NCBI GenBank assembly: GCA_030390025.1
Contig: CM059431.1
Coordinates: 158,660,001 to 158,724,000 of the forward strand
From: Squalus acanthias
Lineage: Eukaryota
Reading direction: 5' to 3'
DNA: 64,000 nucleotides
Made by a program: the position numbers and the translations under genes
In this document: in pieces, positions 26,340 through 38,126 of the stretch
How the letters are laid out: each line of letters starts with the position of its first letter
How positions within the stretch are numbered: position 1 is the stretch's first letter
The notes under the pieces: generated by a model
Told to the model about the DNA's origin: nothing
Database searches by the model: none
Seen by the model: the letters and a program-made list of their open reading frames with translations, nothing else

Positions 26340-27853
26340 ATGTGGTGCAGGTGGTGTGCCGCAACTGCAGCATGTGGAAGCTTGTGGAGAATATTGCAAT
26401 CCCGGATGACGACGTCTACAGTAAGTGTCTGCATCTCGAGGAACTTCAGCTCAGAATTGTTGAGCTTAAGTCCGAGGTGCAGACACTGCGGGAAATCAGG
26501 GAGGGGGAGTTAACTGGACACTTTGATCCAGGAAAAAGTCACATCTATTAGGTTAGTTTGTGTTACAGGTCTGGTTAGTGGTCTGGAACAGCAGGGTGTG
26601 ACTGCGACTCAGGCAGGTTAGGGGACTCCTGGTGCGCTGCTGGAGGAGCCTCGGCCTTTGCCTTTATCCAACACGTACGAGTTTCTTGCTGCCTGTGCGG
26701 ATAAGGGCGAAGTCTGCAGGGTTGATGAGCAAACTGATCACGGCACCGTGGTACAGGAAGCCATTCAAGGGTCCGGGGCGAGTGAAAAGGAATGTTGTAT
26801 TGGTATGGGACTGTATGGTCAGTGGGATAGATACTGTTCTCTGCAGCCGCGATCGGGAGTTCCGAAGGCTGTTTATCTGAGTTAAGGATATCTTCGCGCG
26901 CAAGAAGAAGAAATTGGTGTAGGAGGAGGACGATCCAGTGGCCATGGTCCACGTAAGAACCAATGACATTGGTTGAACTAGGGATGAGGTTCTGCTGAGA
27001 CAGTTTGTAGAGCTAGTTTCCAAATTAATATGCAGAACCTCAAAGGTAAGAATCTCCGAAGTGCTCCTGAGCCACGCGCAAATTGGCATTGGGACAAGTA
27101 GATGAGAGATTTAAATGCCTGGCTCAAAGATTGGTGTGTTAGAAACCGTATTGATTCATGGGGCACTGGCAACAGTAATCTGGAAAGAGGGAGCTGTTCC
27201 GTTGGGACAGGCTTTACTTATACCGGGCTGGAATCAGTGTCCTGGAGAATCGAATAACTACGGCGATAGATGGGGCATTAAACCTGAAGGCAGAGTTGTC
27301 AAGTAAGGGAAAATTTTGAAATCTAACAATAAAAGTTAAGAAAATGCAGCAGTGTAGCGATTTGTGTAAAGATAAGTAGAGTGTGAAACGAAGGCACAGA
27401 CTGATTTTAACAGTAATAGTTCATCAGCAAATAAGGTGAAACCAGGGAATAATGGTAAAAAGTTAAAATTAATGTCACTTTATCTGAATGTACGAAGCAT
27501 TCGTAACAAGATACAATAATTAGTTGCACAAATACAGATAAATGGCTTTCATCTAATATCCATTAGTGTGTCGTAGTTGTATGGTCTCCGAGTTGGGAAC
27601 CAAATACTCCCGTTTACTTGATGTTTCGAAAAAAACAGGGAGAAAGGAAAAGGAGGGTATAAACCTGATAATAAAGGATGAGATAAGGGCAGTAGTGAGA
27701 AATGATCTTGGCTCGGAAGATCAGGAAATATAATCAGTATGGGTGGAGATAAGGGGCAGAAAACACTGGTGGGAATAATTTATAGGCCCCCTAACAGTAG
27801 CTATACCGTTGGGCATAGGATTAATCAACAAATAATCGAAGCCTGTAACAAAG
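26340..27853 (+). mobile_element. CR1-X 5' portion (ORF1 and start of EN), decayed; 5'UTR probably extends to about 26000
   Basis: MVQVVCRNCSMW...CLHLEELQLR and PLSNTYE; EN GIIYRPPNS. Confidence 0.85.
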
Positions 27854-28129
27854 CTAACCGTGTCAGACCCAAACTCCTGTAGGTTGCCGACCACAATGGT
27901 ATCAGAAGTCCACACCTGATAAACATCAACCTTCTACTGCACATGCTGACGTTACTAGGGGAGAGGAATTCATTCAATAGTAGAACAGGATGGAGGCCGT
28001 GTCAGAAGTCATCATTGGTGAACTCCTGGGTGAAAAATCGGTTTCATTGCTTCTTGTACGCCATTAACGTAGTGCAATTATGATTTTTTTGTATGAGTCT
28101 GTAGCAGTTCACGAGCCTGCACTGTCAGG

Positions 28130-28448
28130 TAGAGAGGTTGGAAGCAGAGCGGTGACAAATGGAACGTGCTCTGATAATGGGATCTTTTGTTTCTACCCTT
28201 GCCTCAGTATCACCTCATTATCCCTCCACCAGCATCACTTTTGTCATCTAATCACTTCTGCCCGACACCCCATCACAGTTAGTTATACAGTTTATTCATT
28301 CTTTTTGATCTTTTCCTACACAACCCCTGTTAATCGCTAATATCTTCCAGTCTGATGAAAGGTCATCGACCTGAAACGGTAACTCTGTTTCTCTCTCCAC
28401 AGATGTAACCGGACCTGCAAGGTGTTTCCACCATTTTGTGTTTTTGTC
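28130..28448 (+). mobile_element. Penelope pLTR-derived short element with a mutated hammerhead (28349-28384)
   Basis: CTGATGA-A-AGGTCATCGACCT-GAAACGGT (conserved U replaced by G) and the same tail as 9306-9576. Confidence 0.7.
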
Positions 28449-29149
28449 ACAATTTGTTAGTTTTTGTTTCTTAAAGAGTTCAGCTCTGAAAGGTTTATTT
28501 AACTACAGTGCATGATAAGTGGGAGAGAAGCATGCAATCAGAATGGTCGGTGTGTTTTCTTTTTAAGAGTGTGCCTGTAATGAGTAAAAAATGCAAGCAG
28601 TTAGTAGAAGAGTAAAAAAAAAACCTTCAGTTTGTGAACGGATGTACCCAGATTACAGTTTGTGAATGTTGGAGGGCATGAGCAGCAGACTGTATTGTTA
28701 TGGGAAGGGGAGCTGTGGCCATAACCTGCTGTCAATGGTGAAGAAATATTCAAAGCGTGGTGAGAGAAGAGTTCAGCATGATTTAATGGATTACCATAAA
28801 AACTTCTATGGAAAAGTGAAAAATATGTAAATGCAACATGAGTACTTAAGTCTCACACTTGCGTTCGGGTAAAACCTATAAACCTGTCCTGCACTGAACG
28901 CAAGTTTTAGGGACGATGCTGCTCGTGCTGATCTGTTTAGTAATTTTCCGACAGCTTTAATGCTGGCTCTGCATTTGGTATCCAACGCTATGATTAAAGC
29001 CAAGACGTAATGGGTTGAGTGACCACTTAATGTGTTTTGTGGTAGTATCGATTGAGTTAGGAATGTTGGCCGAGATATCAGCAGACGCTCCTAAACATAT
29101 TCGTAGGGTACCACGGGGTCATTAGCATTCATCTGAACGACATGAACTT

Positions 29150-29615
29150 CAGCAACAGCAACAACTTGCATTTATATAGCACCTTTATCGTAGTAAAACG
29201 CCGCATGGCATTTAACAGGAATATTATCAGAAAAAAATGAACACCGAGGCAAACAAAGAGAAGATATTGCAGGTGATTATCCGGCTTCGACTAGATCGAT
29301 AGGAATGGAACCAGGCGAGGGCAGTCCCATCAAGCTGAACAACGCTGAAGAAGCGTTGGAGGGCGATGTTATGGTCAAATGTGTGAATGGCTGTGGAGAC
29401 GTCTAGAGGTATGAGGGTGGCTAGTGCACCAGAGTCACAGTCACATGGGATGTCATCTATGAATTTGAGAATGGCCATTCCAGTGTTGTGGCAGGAGCGG
29501 AAACCCGATCGGAGATGTACAAACATGGAGTTGAGGTAAAGATGGGCGTGGGTTTGTGAGGTGAGAACACGTTCAATTATTTTGGAGAGCAACGTGAGGT
29601 TGGAAATGGGGCGGT
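29150..29615 (-). mobile_element. L2 fragments (RT piece and 3' tail)
   Basis: Peptide LSKIIERV...SGFRSCHNT...LDVSTA; CAACAACTTGCATTTATATAGC tail. Confidence 0.8.
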
Positions 29616-30258
29616 TTTCCCTCGATTGAAAGTCACATCTGAAATTTGATTACGGCCTATTAACTCACTCCCAGTGATGCTTTACACTCTATACTGAAAA
29701 ATTAGAAAGCAAGAGGCCTTACTACACTTTGCCTGTTCGTCATTAATAAATATTAATAAAGAGCGCGAAGCCGGGCGCAGCCATCACCCCTCTCACCGCT
29801 CCCCACCGCCCCCCCCCCACCCCACACCCCACTCCCACCTCACCACAGCTTTGTTTGCGCATGATATTGTCAATTTAGCACAGATCAGAAGCTGACTTGA
29901 CAACTTCCTGTTCTTGATTGCTGCAATTCACAGCAGTGAGTCCATTATGTTGCCGGAATAGGTACAATATACAATTAGTTTATTATAGAGTTTAATTTTC
30001 CCTTAAATTTGATAACCATTAACAATCTCAACCTTCTGCTATTCGGATACGTTGAATGCGAGCAGCATAGGCTATTACGTTGATGGAGTATAACAAATGT
30101 ATTGCTCCCATATGTTTCCATATTGTTTGCATTGGATGACGAGGTCTTCCATTGAGTTCATAACGTGCGAATTGAGCGAGCTGCGTTTTTATTGATTAAT
30201 AACACGAAATGTGCTTCAGTTAAATACCACCAATTATTGAGAATATCCTTGAAACATT

Positions 30259-31000
30259 GGGCCGAAAATTGATCCCGGGACGCGAGAGTACGCACTGCGT
30301 ACTCTCGCGTATTCCCACTCCAATTGCCGGTTTTCTGCATGCCCTGCGCATGCGCTGAAAACCGGCAATTGCTCTTCTGAAAAGGGGGTGGGTCCTCGGT
30401 GCATCGCGTGCGCGCTACAGGCTGCGCGCACGCTGTGCACTTCATGCTGTGGACGCGCAGGTAAGTACGGAAGGTTTTGGAAATGTAAAAAGGAGGAGTA
30501 AGACCCACTTTTAAGAAGGTAAGTAGTGAATTAAGTATTTTTTTGAATTTTTTTTAACAGGTATATCTTTTTTAGAGACTTTAAAGACAGGTAAGTTTAT
30601 TTTTATAAATTTTTAAAAGATTTTAAATTTTTTCAAAAATTTAATTTTTTATTTAAAATGGTTAATTTAATTAACTATACTTATTTTATTAATGTGATGT
30701 TTTTTTGTTAATTTAATTGAGGTTTAGCTGTTATTTTGGGGGGGTGTAAGATTCATAGATTTCACAGCCGTGTTGTGAAACTTATGAATGGAAGATGGTG
30801 TGCTGCCATTGGCTCTAACTGAGTCACGTGATCGCACAGCTCGCACGAATTCACTACGCCGCTGGGATACGCAAGCACTGCCCAGCTGATCTCTAGAACA
30901 TCAAGTTCGTGCGAGCTGTATCTGAAAAAGCACAAGCGAGGTGAGAGAACACGGGAAAGCCTTATCCCCGCGGGAACAGAGCGAGATCAATTTCTGGGCC
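30259..31000 (+). mobile_element. Harbinger-type MITE, family copy 3 (742 bp)
   Basis: TIRs GGGCCGAAAATTGATCCCG / CGAGATCAATTTCTGGGCC, flanks ATT/AAT, same internal layout as copy 1. Confidence 0.88.
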
Positions 31001-31524
31001 AATATCTATCGCTATGACATTCACGAAGGATACTATTACTACATCAGTCAAATAAACCTGACATTAAAATCCTATAGCAGAGACTGTATGGTGGACCGCC
31101 ATTAATAGGGAACCAAGTGGGAAGAAATAGATCTGACGCAAAATTAGTGCTAAGGGTCCTGGACAACGTTTCCTCCGCTCTTTGTGTAGCGATCGACCCC
31201 GGAAAAGTCATCTGTTCATAGTGATCACGAAAAGGTAACAAGATGTGGCATCGCCAACGGTGCTTCTGGAAATCAGATAGTTCTATTTTTTGACAAGCCT
31301 TCTCTTAGCGTCTCGCCTGCTACACAGTTGACAGAATTCTCGGTGCGTTACTCAATGGTGAACGGTGGAACAGTCGCCCTGTTTCTGGCAGTCAATCCCC
31401 CGGCACTGCACAGTTCAATATACTTCTCTTTTATGTGTCGTTATTCCAAGCCATCCCCTAAATTTTGGCTGGTGTTATGCAATATAGCCATTGAAATAAA
31501 TCAACCTTATTGACAAACGGCCAT

Positions 31525-31609
31525 TCAGTCAAAGTTACATCTGGTCCTGGTTACCTGGTCCGACTCCAGAGATTTCTGTCCTCCTGGAGTGAAGCAATTG
31601 CGTCCCAAT
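31525..31609 (-). CDS. NLR exon 8 (probable terminal coding exon: LGRNCFTPGGQKSLESDQVTRTRCNFD*)
   Basis: Acceptor ttttacag, phase 2, completes the last LRR (LREIR-LGRN); TGA at 31527-31525. An internal donor CAG|GTAACC at 31555 could lead to a further exon. Confidence 0.72.
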
Positions 31610-31811
31610 CTGTAAAATTACACAAGTAAAAATAATGAAAATAGATGATAGTAAGGGTGAGAATTGTTCTGTCGATTGCATGTAGCGATCTCATAACGCC
31701 TGCCAAAAAGAGGCGTTTATGGTGTCGTTGCAGATGCAACAGAGTAACTCGCTGCAAAACGAATGCGCCATGTTGCTTCTTACCTTGTTTATCAGTTAAA
31801 AACATAGACAG

Positions 31812-32206
31812 ACCCTGCATTTATATAGCGCCTTCCACGAGCTCAGAGAGTCCCAAAACGCGTTACAACCAATGAGCTCTTTTGAAGTGCAGTCACTGTT
31901 GTAATAGTGGAACCAACAGACAACATACGTACAACACGATCCCACAAACAGCAATGACAAAATGACCAGATAATCAGTTTCAAAAATGTCTTTGAGGGAA
32001 AATATTGCCCAGGACAGCAAAATAACTCCCTAGTTCGACTTTGACATGCATCTACTAGGGCAGATGTGGCCGCGGTTTAACGGCACCTACACAGTGCAAC
32101 ATTCCCTCAGTCCTGCTCTGAAGCGCCAGCCAAGATTATGTGCTCTCCAGGCTTGAACTCACCACCTTCTGAAGCAAAGGCGGGAGCGATACCAACTGAG
32201 CCAGTG
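31812..32206 (-). mobile_element. tRNA-derived SINE with Deu-like core and L2 tail (SacSINE1-like)
   Basis: A box TGGCTCAGTTGG, B box AGTTCAAGCC, core GCAGGACTGAGGGAATGTTGCACTGT...GTTAAACCGCGGCC, tail GCGCTATATAAATGCA. Confidence 0.7.
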
Positions 32207-32290
32207 TAAAAAATAAACACTTACGTTATTCCTTGTAAATATTTCACTAATAAATAAAACTTTTACTTATTATATATCTTTTTATCTAAC

Positions 32291-32482
32291 CTGATTTCCC
32301 TCAGATTATGGTTCATCTGGATGAGGCGGCGCAGTGCGGGAATAGAGCTGTCTGTTAGGTTATTGCTGCATTTACTACCCTTGGTTTTGTTACTCAAGTC
32401 CAGCTCCATCACTGACTGGTTTCCAATAATAACGGATGTCAGCTCTTCGATACAACCGTTTGTGAGATTGTTAGCTTTTAAG
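32291..32482 (-). CDS. NLR exon 7 (LRR, 192 nt, phase 2-2)
   Basis: Boundaries ttttaccacag| and ATCAG|gttag; peptide LKANNLTNGCIEELTSVIIGNQSVMELDLS...NNLTDSSIPALRRLI. Confidence 0.9.
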
Positions 32483-32747
32483 CTGTGGTAAAACGAAAAC
32501 ACGGAATCTAATATTAGCATCACACAGGTAAATTATACTGTGACGGAAAACAGCAGTGGAAGAATCTCCAAATCAAGTAGCATATCTGCTCATTTCTGAG
32601 AATGAACATTGACAATACAGCACAGAATTAATTAGAAATTAAAGTAAAATGGTCCATTTTAACGTCTATGCTTCAGACGAGCCACCTCCCATTCTATTTA
32701 TTTTCATCTCACCCCTTCGGCATGTCGTGTCCTTCTTTCTCCCTCAT

Positions 32748-33146
32748 GGCCCGGATTTTGTATTGGCTAATGACGGCGAACTGTCAGCATTCGACATCAT
32801 TACTCCTCTGAAACTGACCGTAAATTCAGGATTCAGCGCATGCACAGATAAATGCAGAAATTCTGAAAGCGGTCAGTCATTCACTTGTCCGACTGAGGCT
32901 GCGCTGTGGAACACCACATCCCAGAGCCGACAATCAGTAAAATCAGTGGAACTGACGAAAACTTAAGCTTTTCCCCCGTAATATCTCTCTTAAGCACCAC
33001 ATTCAATGCTAAACCTTGTTATAATATATATAACAGGGGTTTAACTGCATGTTGACTGCTAAACACCTTTTTGTGCCTGAAAACCTTTATATTTATGGAT
33101 GTCATATTATGGATTAATGCCAGTTCTCCATTATCATGACAATTAC
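32748..33146. mobile_element. Probable left part of another Harbinger-type MITE
   Basis: Starts GGCCCGGATTTTG, contains GCGCATGC and a GC-rich arm then AT-rich core; the partner TIR was not found. Confidence 0.45.
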
Positions 33147-33148
33147 TA

Positions 33149-36100
33149 GGGTCTTAAAATTCGGGGGTTTAGCGCAACCCGTTTCAGCCAGATTCAGGAA
33201 GAAATAGCGGCCGCTGTATTTCCGCCCCCTGCCGGCGGCTCCAGCGGCGCCCGCCATTTTTGGCTGGGCGGTAACGTTGCCGATGTCTGCGCTCGAGAAA
33301 ATTATGTAGATTATGCATAACGTGACGTCAGATAGTGTGCAACGCTCACTTGACGCCCGATCTGCCATTTTCAACTTCGCCGCTCCACTTATCAGAATCT
33401 CTTATCTGCGACCAGCTGAGCAAGCGTTGACAAGCAGGAATGAAGCTCCAGCAGTGTTATTTAAAGGGATCATCAGCAACAGCTCGCAGCTGACATGTTA
33501 CTGCAGTATGACTGGCTCAGAGTAACTTTCTGCAACTCCAGCAGCTCTATAAATGTATTTGTTATACCTTATATCCCTAAGGTATAGGGAGTGTTTGGGC
33601 AAGTGGAGAACGTTTTCATTCTTATTTACTTCACTTGCTCACCGTCATGGGGATTCTACTTGCAGACCCCCTCGCGCTCGAGTATCTTCGAGAGAAGGAG
33701 CGGAGGCAGGGGAAAATTCAAATTCCTGAGGCATTGGAACCAGTTCTGGGGGAAGTGGGACCTGTACAAAAGGAACGGTCTGCACTTGGGCAGGACTGGA
33801 ACCGATGTCCTCGGGGTAATATTTGCTAAAGCAGTTCGGGAGGATTTAAACTAATATGGCAGGGGAAGGGGAACCTATGTAGCGAAACAGGGGGAAGTAA
33901 TATGCAGTCAGAAACAAATGTTAGAAGGGTGAGAAACAACAGGGGAAGGCCGAGTAAACAAAGGCAAGAAACACAAAGGGCCATACTAAATCATAAGTCT
34001 AAAAGGACAAAGGATGTTAATAAAATAAGCCTAAAGGCTCTGTGTCTTAATGCAAGGAGTATCCGTAATAAGGTGGATGAATTGACTGTGCAAATAGATG
34101 TTAACGGATACGATGTGATTGGGATTACAGAGACGTGGCTCCAGAACAATCAAGGCTGGGAACTGAACATCCAGGAGTATTCAACATTCAGAAAGGATAG
34201 AATAAAAGGAAAAGGGGGTGGGGTAGCATTGCTGGTTAAATAGGAGATTAATGAAATAGCTAGGAAGGAAATCAGCTTGGAGGATGTGGAATCAATATGG
34301 GTTGAGCTGCAGAACACCAAAGGGCAGAAAACGTTAGTGGGAGTTGTGTACAGACATCCAAACAGCAGTGGTGAGGTGGGGGAGGGTATGAAACAGGAAA
34401 TCAGAGGTGCGTGCAAAAAAGGCACGGCAGTTATCATGGGTGACTTTAATATGCATACAGATTGGGCTACTCAAACTGGAAGCAATACGGTGGAGGAGGA
34501 TTTCCTGGAGTGTTTAAGGGATGGTTTCCTAAACCAATATGTTGAGGAACCAACTCGAGGGGAGGCCATCCTGGACTGGGTGTTGTGTAATGAGGAAGGA
34601 CTAATCAGCAATCTTGTGGTACGAGGCCCCCTGGGGAAGAGTGACCATAGTATGGTGGAGTTCTACATTAGGATGGAGAAGGAAACAGTTAAGTCAGAGA
34701 CCATGGTCCAGAACTTAAATAAGGGCATCTTTGATGCTATGAGGCGTGAATTGGCGAGGTTAGATTGGCAAGCGATATTTAAGGGGCTATCAGTGGAAGG
34801 GCAATGGCAGACATTTAGAGATCGCATGGATGAACTACAACATTTGTACATCCCGGTCTGGCGTAAAAATAAAAAAGGGAAGGTGGCTCAACCATGGCTA
34901 ACAAGGGAAATCAGGGATAGTATTAAAACCAAGGAAGTTGCATAAAAATTGGCCAGACGTAGCAGCAAACCCGGGGACTGGGAGAACTTCAAAACTCAGC
35001 AAAGGAGGACGAAGGGTTTGATTAGGGCAGGGAAAATAAAATATGAAAGGAAGCTTGCAGAGAACATTAAAATGGACTGCAAAAGCTTCTATAAATATGT
35101 ATAAAGAAAGAGGTTAGTAAAAACAAACGTAGGTCCCTGCAGTCGGAAACAGGGCAAGTCGTAATGGGGAACAAGGAAATGGCAGATCAATTGAACAAGT
35201 ACTTTGGTTCGGTGTTTACTGTGGAGGACACACACAACCTGCCGGAAATAAAAGGGGTCAGAGGATCTGGTAAGAGGGAGGAGCTGAGGGAAATCCTTAT
35301 TAGTCGGGAAAAGGTATTGGGGAAATTGATGGGACTGAAGGCTGAAAAATCCCCGGGGCCTGATGGTCTGCATCCCAGAGTACTTAAGGAGGTGGCCTTG
35401 GAAATAGTGGATGCATTGACGATCATTTTCCAACATTCCTTAGACTCTGGATCAGTTCCGATGGAGTGGAGGGTGGCCAATGTAACCCCTCTTTTTAAAA
35501 AAGGAGGGAGGGAGAAAGCAGGGAATTATAGACCGGTCAGCCTGACATCGGTCGTGGGTAAAATGATGGAAGCAATTATAAAAGATGTCATAACAGACCA
35601 TTTGGAAAGTGGCGACATGATAGGTCCAAGTCAGCATGGATTTGTGAAAGGGAAATCATGCTTGACAAATCTTCTGGAATTTTTTGAGGCTGTTTCCAAT
35701 AGGGTGGACAGGGGGAACCAGTAGATGTGGTGTATTTGGACTTTCAGAAGGCCTTCGACAAGGTCCCACAAAAGAGATTGGTGAGCAAAGTTAAAGCACA
35801 TGGGATTGGGGGTAATGTGTTGACGTGGATTGAGAACTGGTTGGCACACAGGAAACAAAGAGTAGGAGTAAATGGGTACTTTTCAGAATGGCAGGCAGTG
35901 ACCAGCGGGGTACCGCAGGGTTTGGTGCTGGGACCCCAGCTGTTTACATTATATATTAATGATTTGGACGAAGGGATTAAATGTAATATCTCCAAATTTG
36001 CGGATGACACTAAATTGGGAGGCAGTGTGAACAATGAGGAGGATTCTAGGAGGCTACAGAGTGACTTGGACAGATTGGGTGAATGGGCAAATGTATGGCA

Positions 36101-37095
36101 GATGAAATACAATGTGGATAAATGTGAGGTTATCCACTTTGTGGTAAAAATAGAGAGGCGGACTATTACCTGAATGGTGGCAGATTAGGGAAAGGGGAGG
36201 TGCAACGAGACCTGGCGTCATGGTACATCAGTCACTGAAGGTGGGAATGCAAGTGCAGCAGGCAGTCAAGAAAGCAAACGGAATGATGGCCTTCATAGTA
36301 AGGGGATTTGAGTACAGGAGTAGGGAGGTGATGCTGCAGTTGTACAGGGCCTTGGTGAGGCCACACCTGGAGTATTGTGCGCAGTTTTGGTCTCCTAACT
36401 TAAGGAAGGACATTCTTGCTATTGAGGGAGTGCAGCGAAGGTTCACTAGATTGATTCCTGGGATGGCCGGACTGACATATCAAGAAAGATTGGGTCAACT
36501 GAACTTGTATCCTCTGGAGTTCAGAAGAATGAGGGGGGATCTTATAGAGACATTTAAAATCCTGACTGGTTTAGACAAATTAGATGCGGGCAGAATGTTC
36601 CCAATGTTAGGGAAAACTAGAACCAGGGGTCACAGTCTAAGGATTAAGGGGAAGCCATTTAAGACTGAGCTGAGGAGGAACTTCTTCACCCAGAGAGTGG
36701 TGAATCTATGGAATTCTCTTCCACAGAAGGTTGTTGAGGCCAGTTCGCTAAATATATTCAAAAGGGAGTTAGATATAACACTCACAACTAGGGGGATCAA
36801 GTGGTATGGCGAGAAAGCAGGAATGGGGTACTGAGGTAGCATGTTCAGCCATGAACACATTGAATGGCGGTGCAGGCTCGAAGGACCGAATGGTCTACTC
36901 CTGTACCTATTTTCTATGTTTCTAAAATAGGAGAAGATGCATGCAGAGGGAGGAGGAGGGGCAGGTTGGCTCTCAACAGGAAGCCTCGCCTATCTATGGT
37001 ATTCAGAGAGCTATTCTCTCTTCAGCGAGGAGCGGTGTATTAGGATGCTCCGCTTTACCAAGTCGGCGGCCCGAGGTTTTCAACTCCTCCAACTG
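33149..37095 (+). mobile_element. Harbinger left arm plus N-terminal stub of a HARBI1-like transposase (33149-33701 and 36925-37095), split by a CR1
   Basis: TIR-like GGGTCTTAAAATTCGG; after removing the CR1, a frameshifted peptide reads MGILLADP...RGRRRGRLALNRKPRLSMVFRELFS / FSEERCIRMLRFTK, which I recognise as resembling the Harbinger transposase N-terminus. Confidence 0.6.
33702..36924 (+). mobile_element. Young CR1 LINE, 5'-truncated at the end of ORF1, ORF2 with few lesions
   Basis: ORFs 33902-34243, 34277-34945, 35164-35724, 35727-36173 and 36220-36834 tile APE+RT; TTTCTATGTTTCTA tail. Confidence 0.95.
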
Positions 37096-37177
37096 GAAAC
37101 AATAGTATTTTCTTTTTCATTTAAAAATTGCGAATCATCATTCCTATTTAATATTAGTCAGTATTGCAGTTATTATA

Positions 37178-37770
37178 CAAAAGCAAAATACTGTGGATGC
37201 TGGAAATCTCAAATAAAAACAGAAAATGCTGGAATTACTCAGCAGGTCAGTAAGCATCTGTGGAGAGAGAAACAGAGTTATCGATTCAGGTCAATGACAC
37301 CCCGTCAGAAATGGAAACAGCTGGAGATGGAACAGGTTTTTAAGCAAGTGTAGGGGCAGGGAAAGGGGAGAGGGGAGAAAACTGCAAAAGGGAAGGACTG
37401 TGATAGGATGAAAGGAAGAAGAGATTAAGAGACAAAAGGGATGATGCTGGACAGAAAATTCTGGAAATACTCAGTAGGTCCGGCAAAATCTGAACAGAAA
37501 ATGCTGGAAATACTGAGCAGGTCAGGCAGCATCTAAACTCCATCATCCCCTTTGTCTCTTAATCTCACCTGCCTTCCATCCTATCACAGACCTTCCCTTT
37601 AATTATTTCCACCCCTCTCCCTTCCCCTGCCGCTACACTTGCTTAAAAACCTGTTCCATCTCCAGCTTTTTCCAGTTCTGACGAAGGGTCATCGACCTGA
37701 AACGTTAACTCTGTTTCTCTCTCCACAGATGCTGCCTGACCTGCTGTGTATCTCCAGCATTTTCTGCTTT
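37178..37770. mobile_element. Penelope-derived insertion with two inverted pLTR arms
   Basis: Arms at about 37213-37446 and 37541-37775 are reverse complements; 16-bp TSD TATTGCAGTTATTATA at 37162-37177 and 37771-37786. Confidence 0.85.
37674..37710 (+). ncRNA. Minimal type I hammerhead ribozyme (GUU site)
   Basis: AGTT-CTGACGA-A-GGGTC(ATC)GACCT-GAAA-CGTT-AACT. Confidence 0.7.
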
Positions 37771-37801
37771 TATTGCAGTTATTATAATTAGCTTCACTTA
37801 C

Positions 37802-37888
37802 TCCAGTGTTTGTATTTTGCAATCATTTTTCTTCAATGCTGTAGACAGCCTTTTCACTCCCACATCTTCCAGTTTATTGCCATTGAGC
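37802..37888 (-). CDS. NLR exon 6 (LRR, 87 nt, phase 2-2); absent from the ORF track
   Basis: Boundaries tgtttttag|G and CTGGA|gtaagt; peptide LNGNKLEDVGVKRLSTALKKNDCKIQTL is an RI-type LRR. Confidence 0.92.
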
Positions 37889-37971
37889 CTAAAAACAAAT
37901 AATATTAGACATAACGTGGAATGTGTTTAAGCTCCGTCGTTGGGGAATAAATTCCAGTGTTTAAAACTATA

Positions 37972-38126
37972 GGATAGAAATTCGTCTCAGGCGGTAGCGT
38001 AATGCGGCCGGTGTTGCACTGCCCGCCTCTTATAAGCCAAGCCTGATATTCGGCTCCATTGAACAGTATAACAGGCGGACAATGCGATCGTGTCCATTCT
38101 GCTCGGTTGTACTAGACGAATTTCAG
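37972..38126. mobile_element. Internally deleted copy of the short palindromic MITE
   Basis: GAAATTCGTCT / AGACGAATTTC termini; GCCTGATATTC motif shared with 17833-18013. Confidence 0.65.

Noticed and set aside
31350..31410. Possible extra NLR exon (CRGIDCQKQGDCSTVHH*) after the 31555 donor
   Set aside because: The acceptor lacks a pyrimidine tract and the peptide has no homology cue; treated as 3'UTR.
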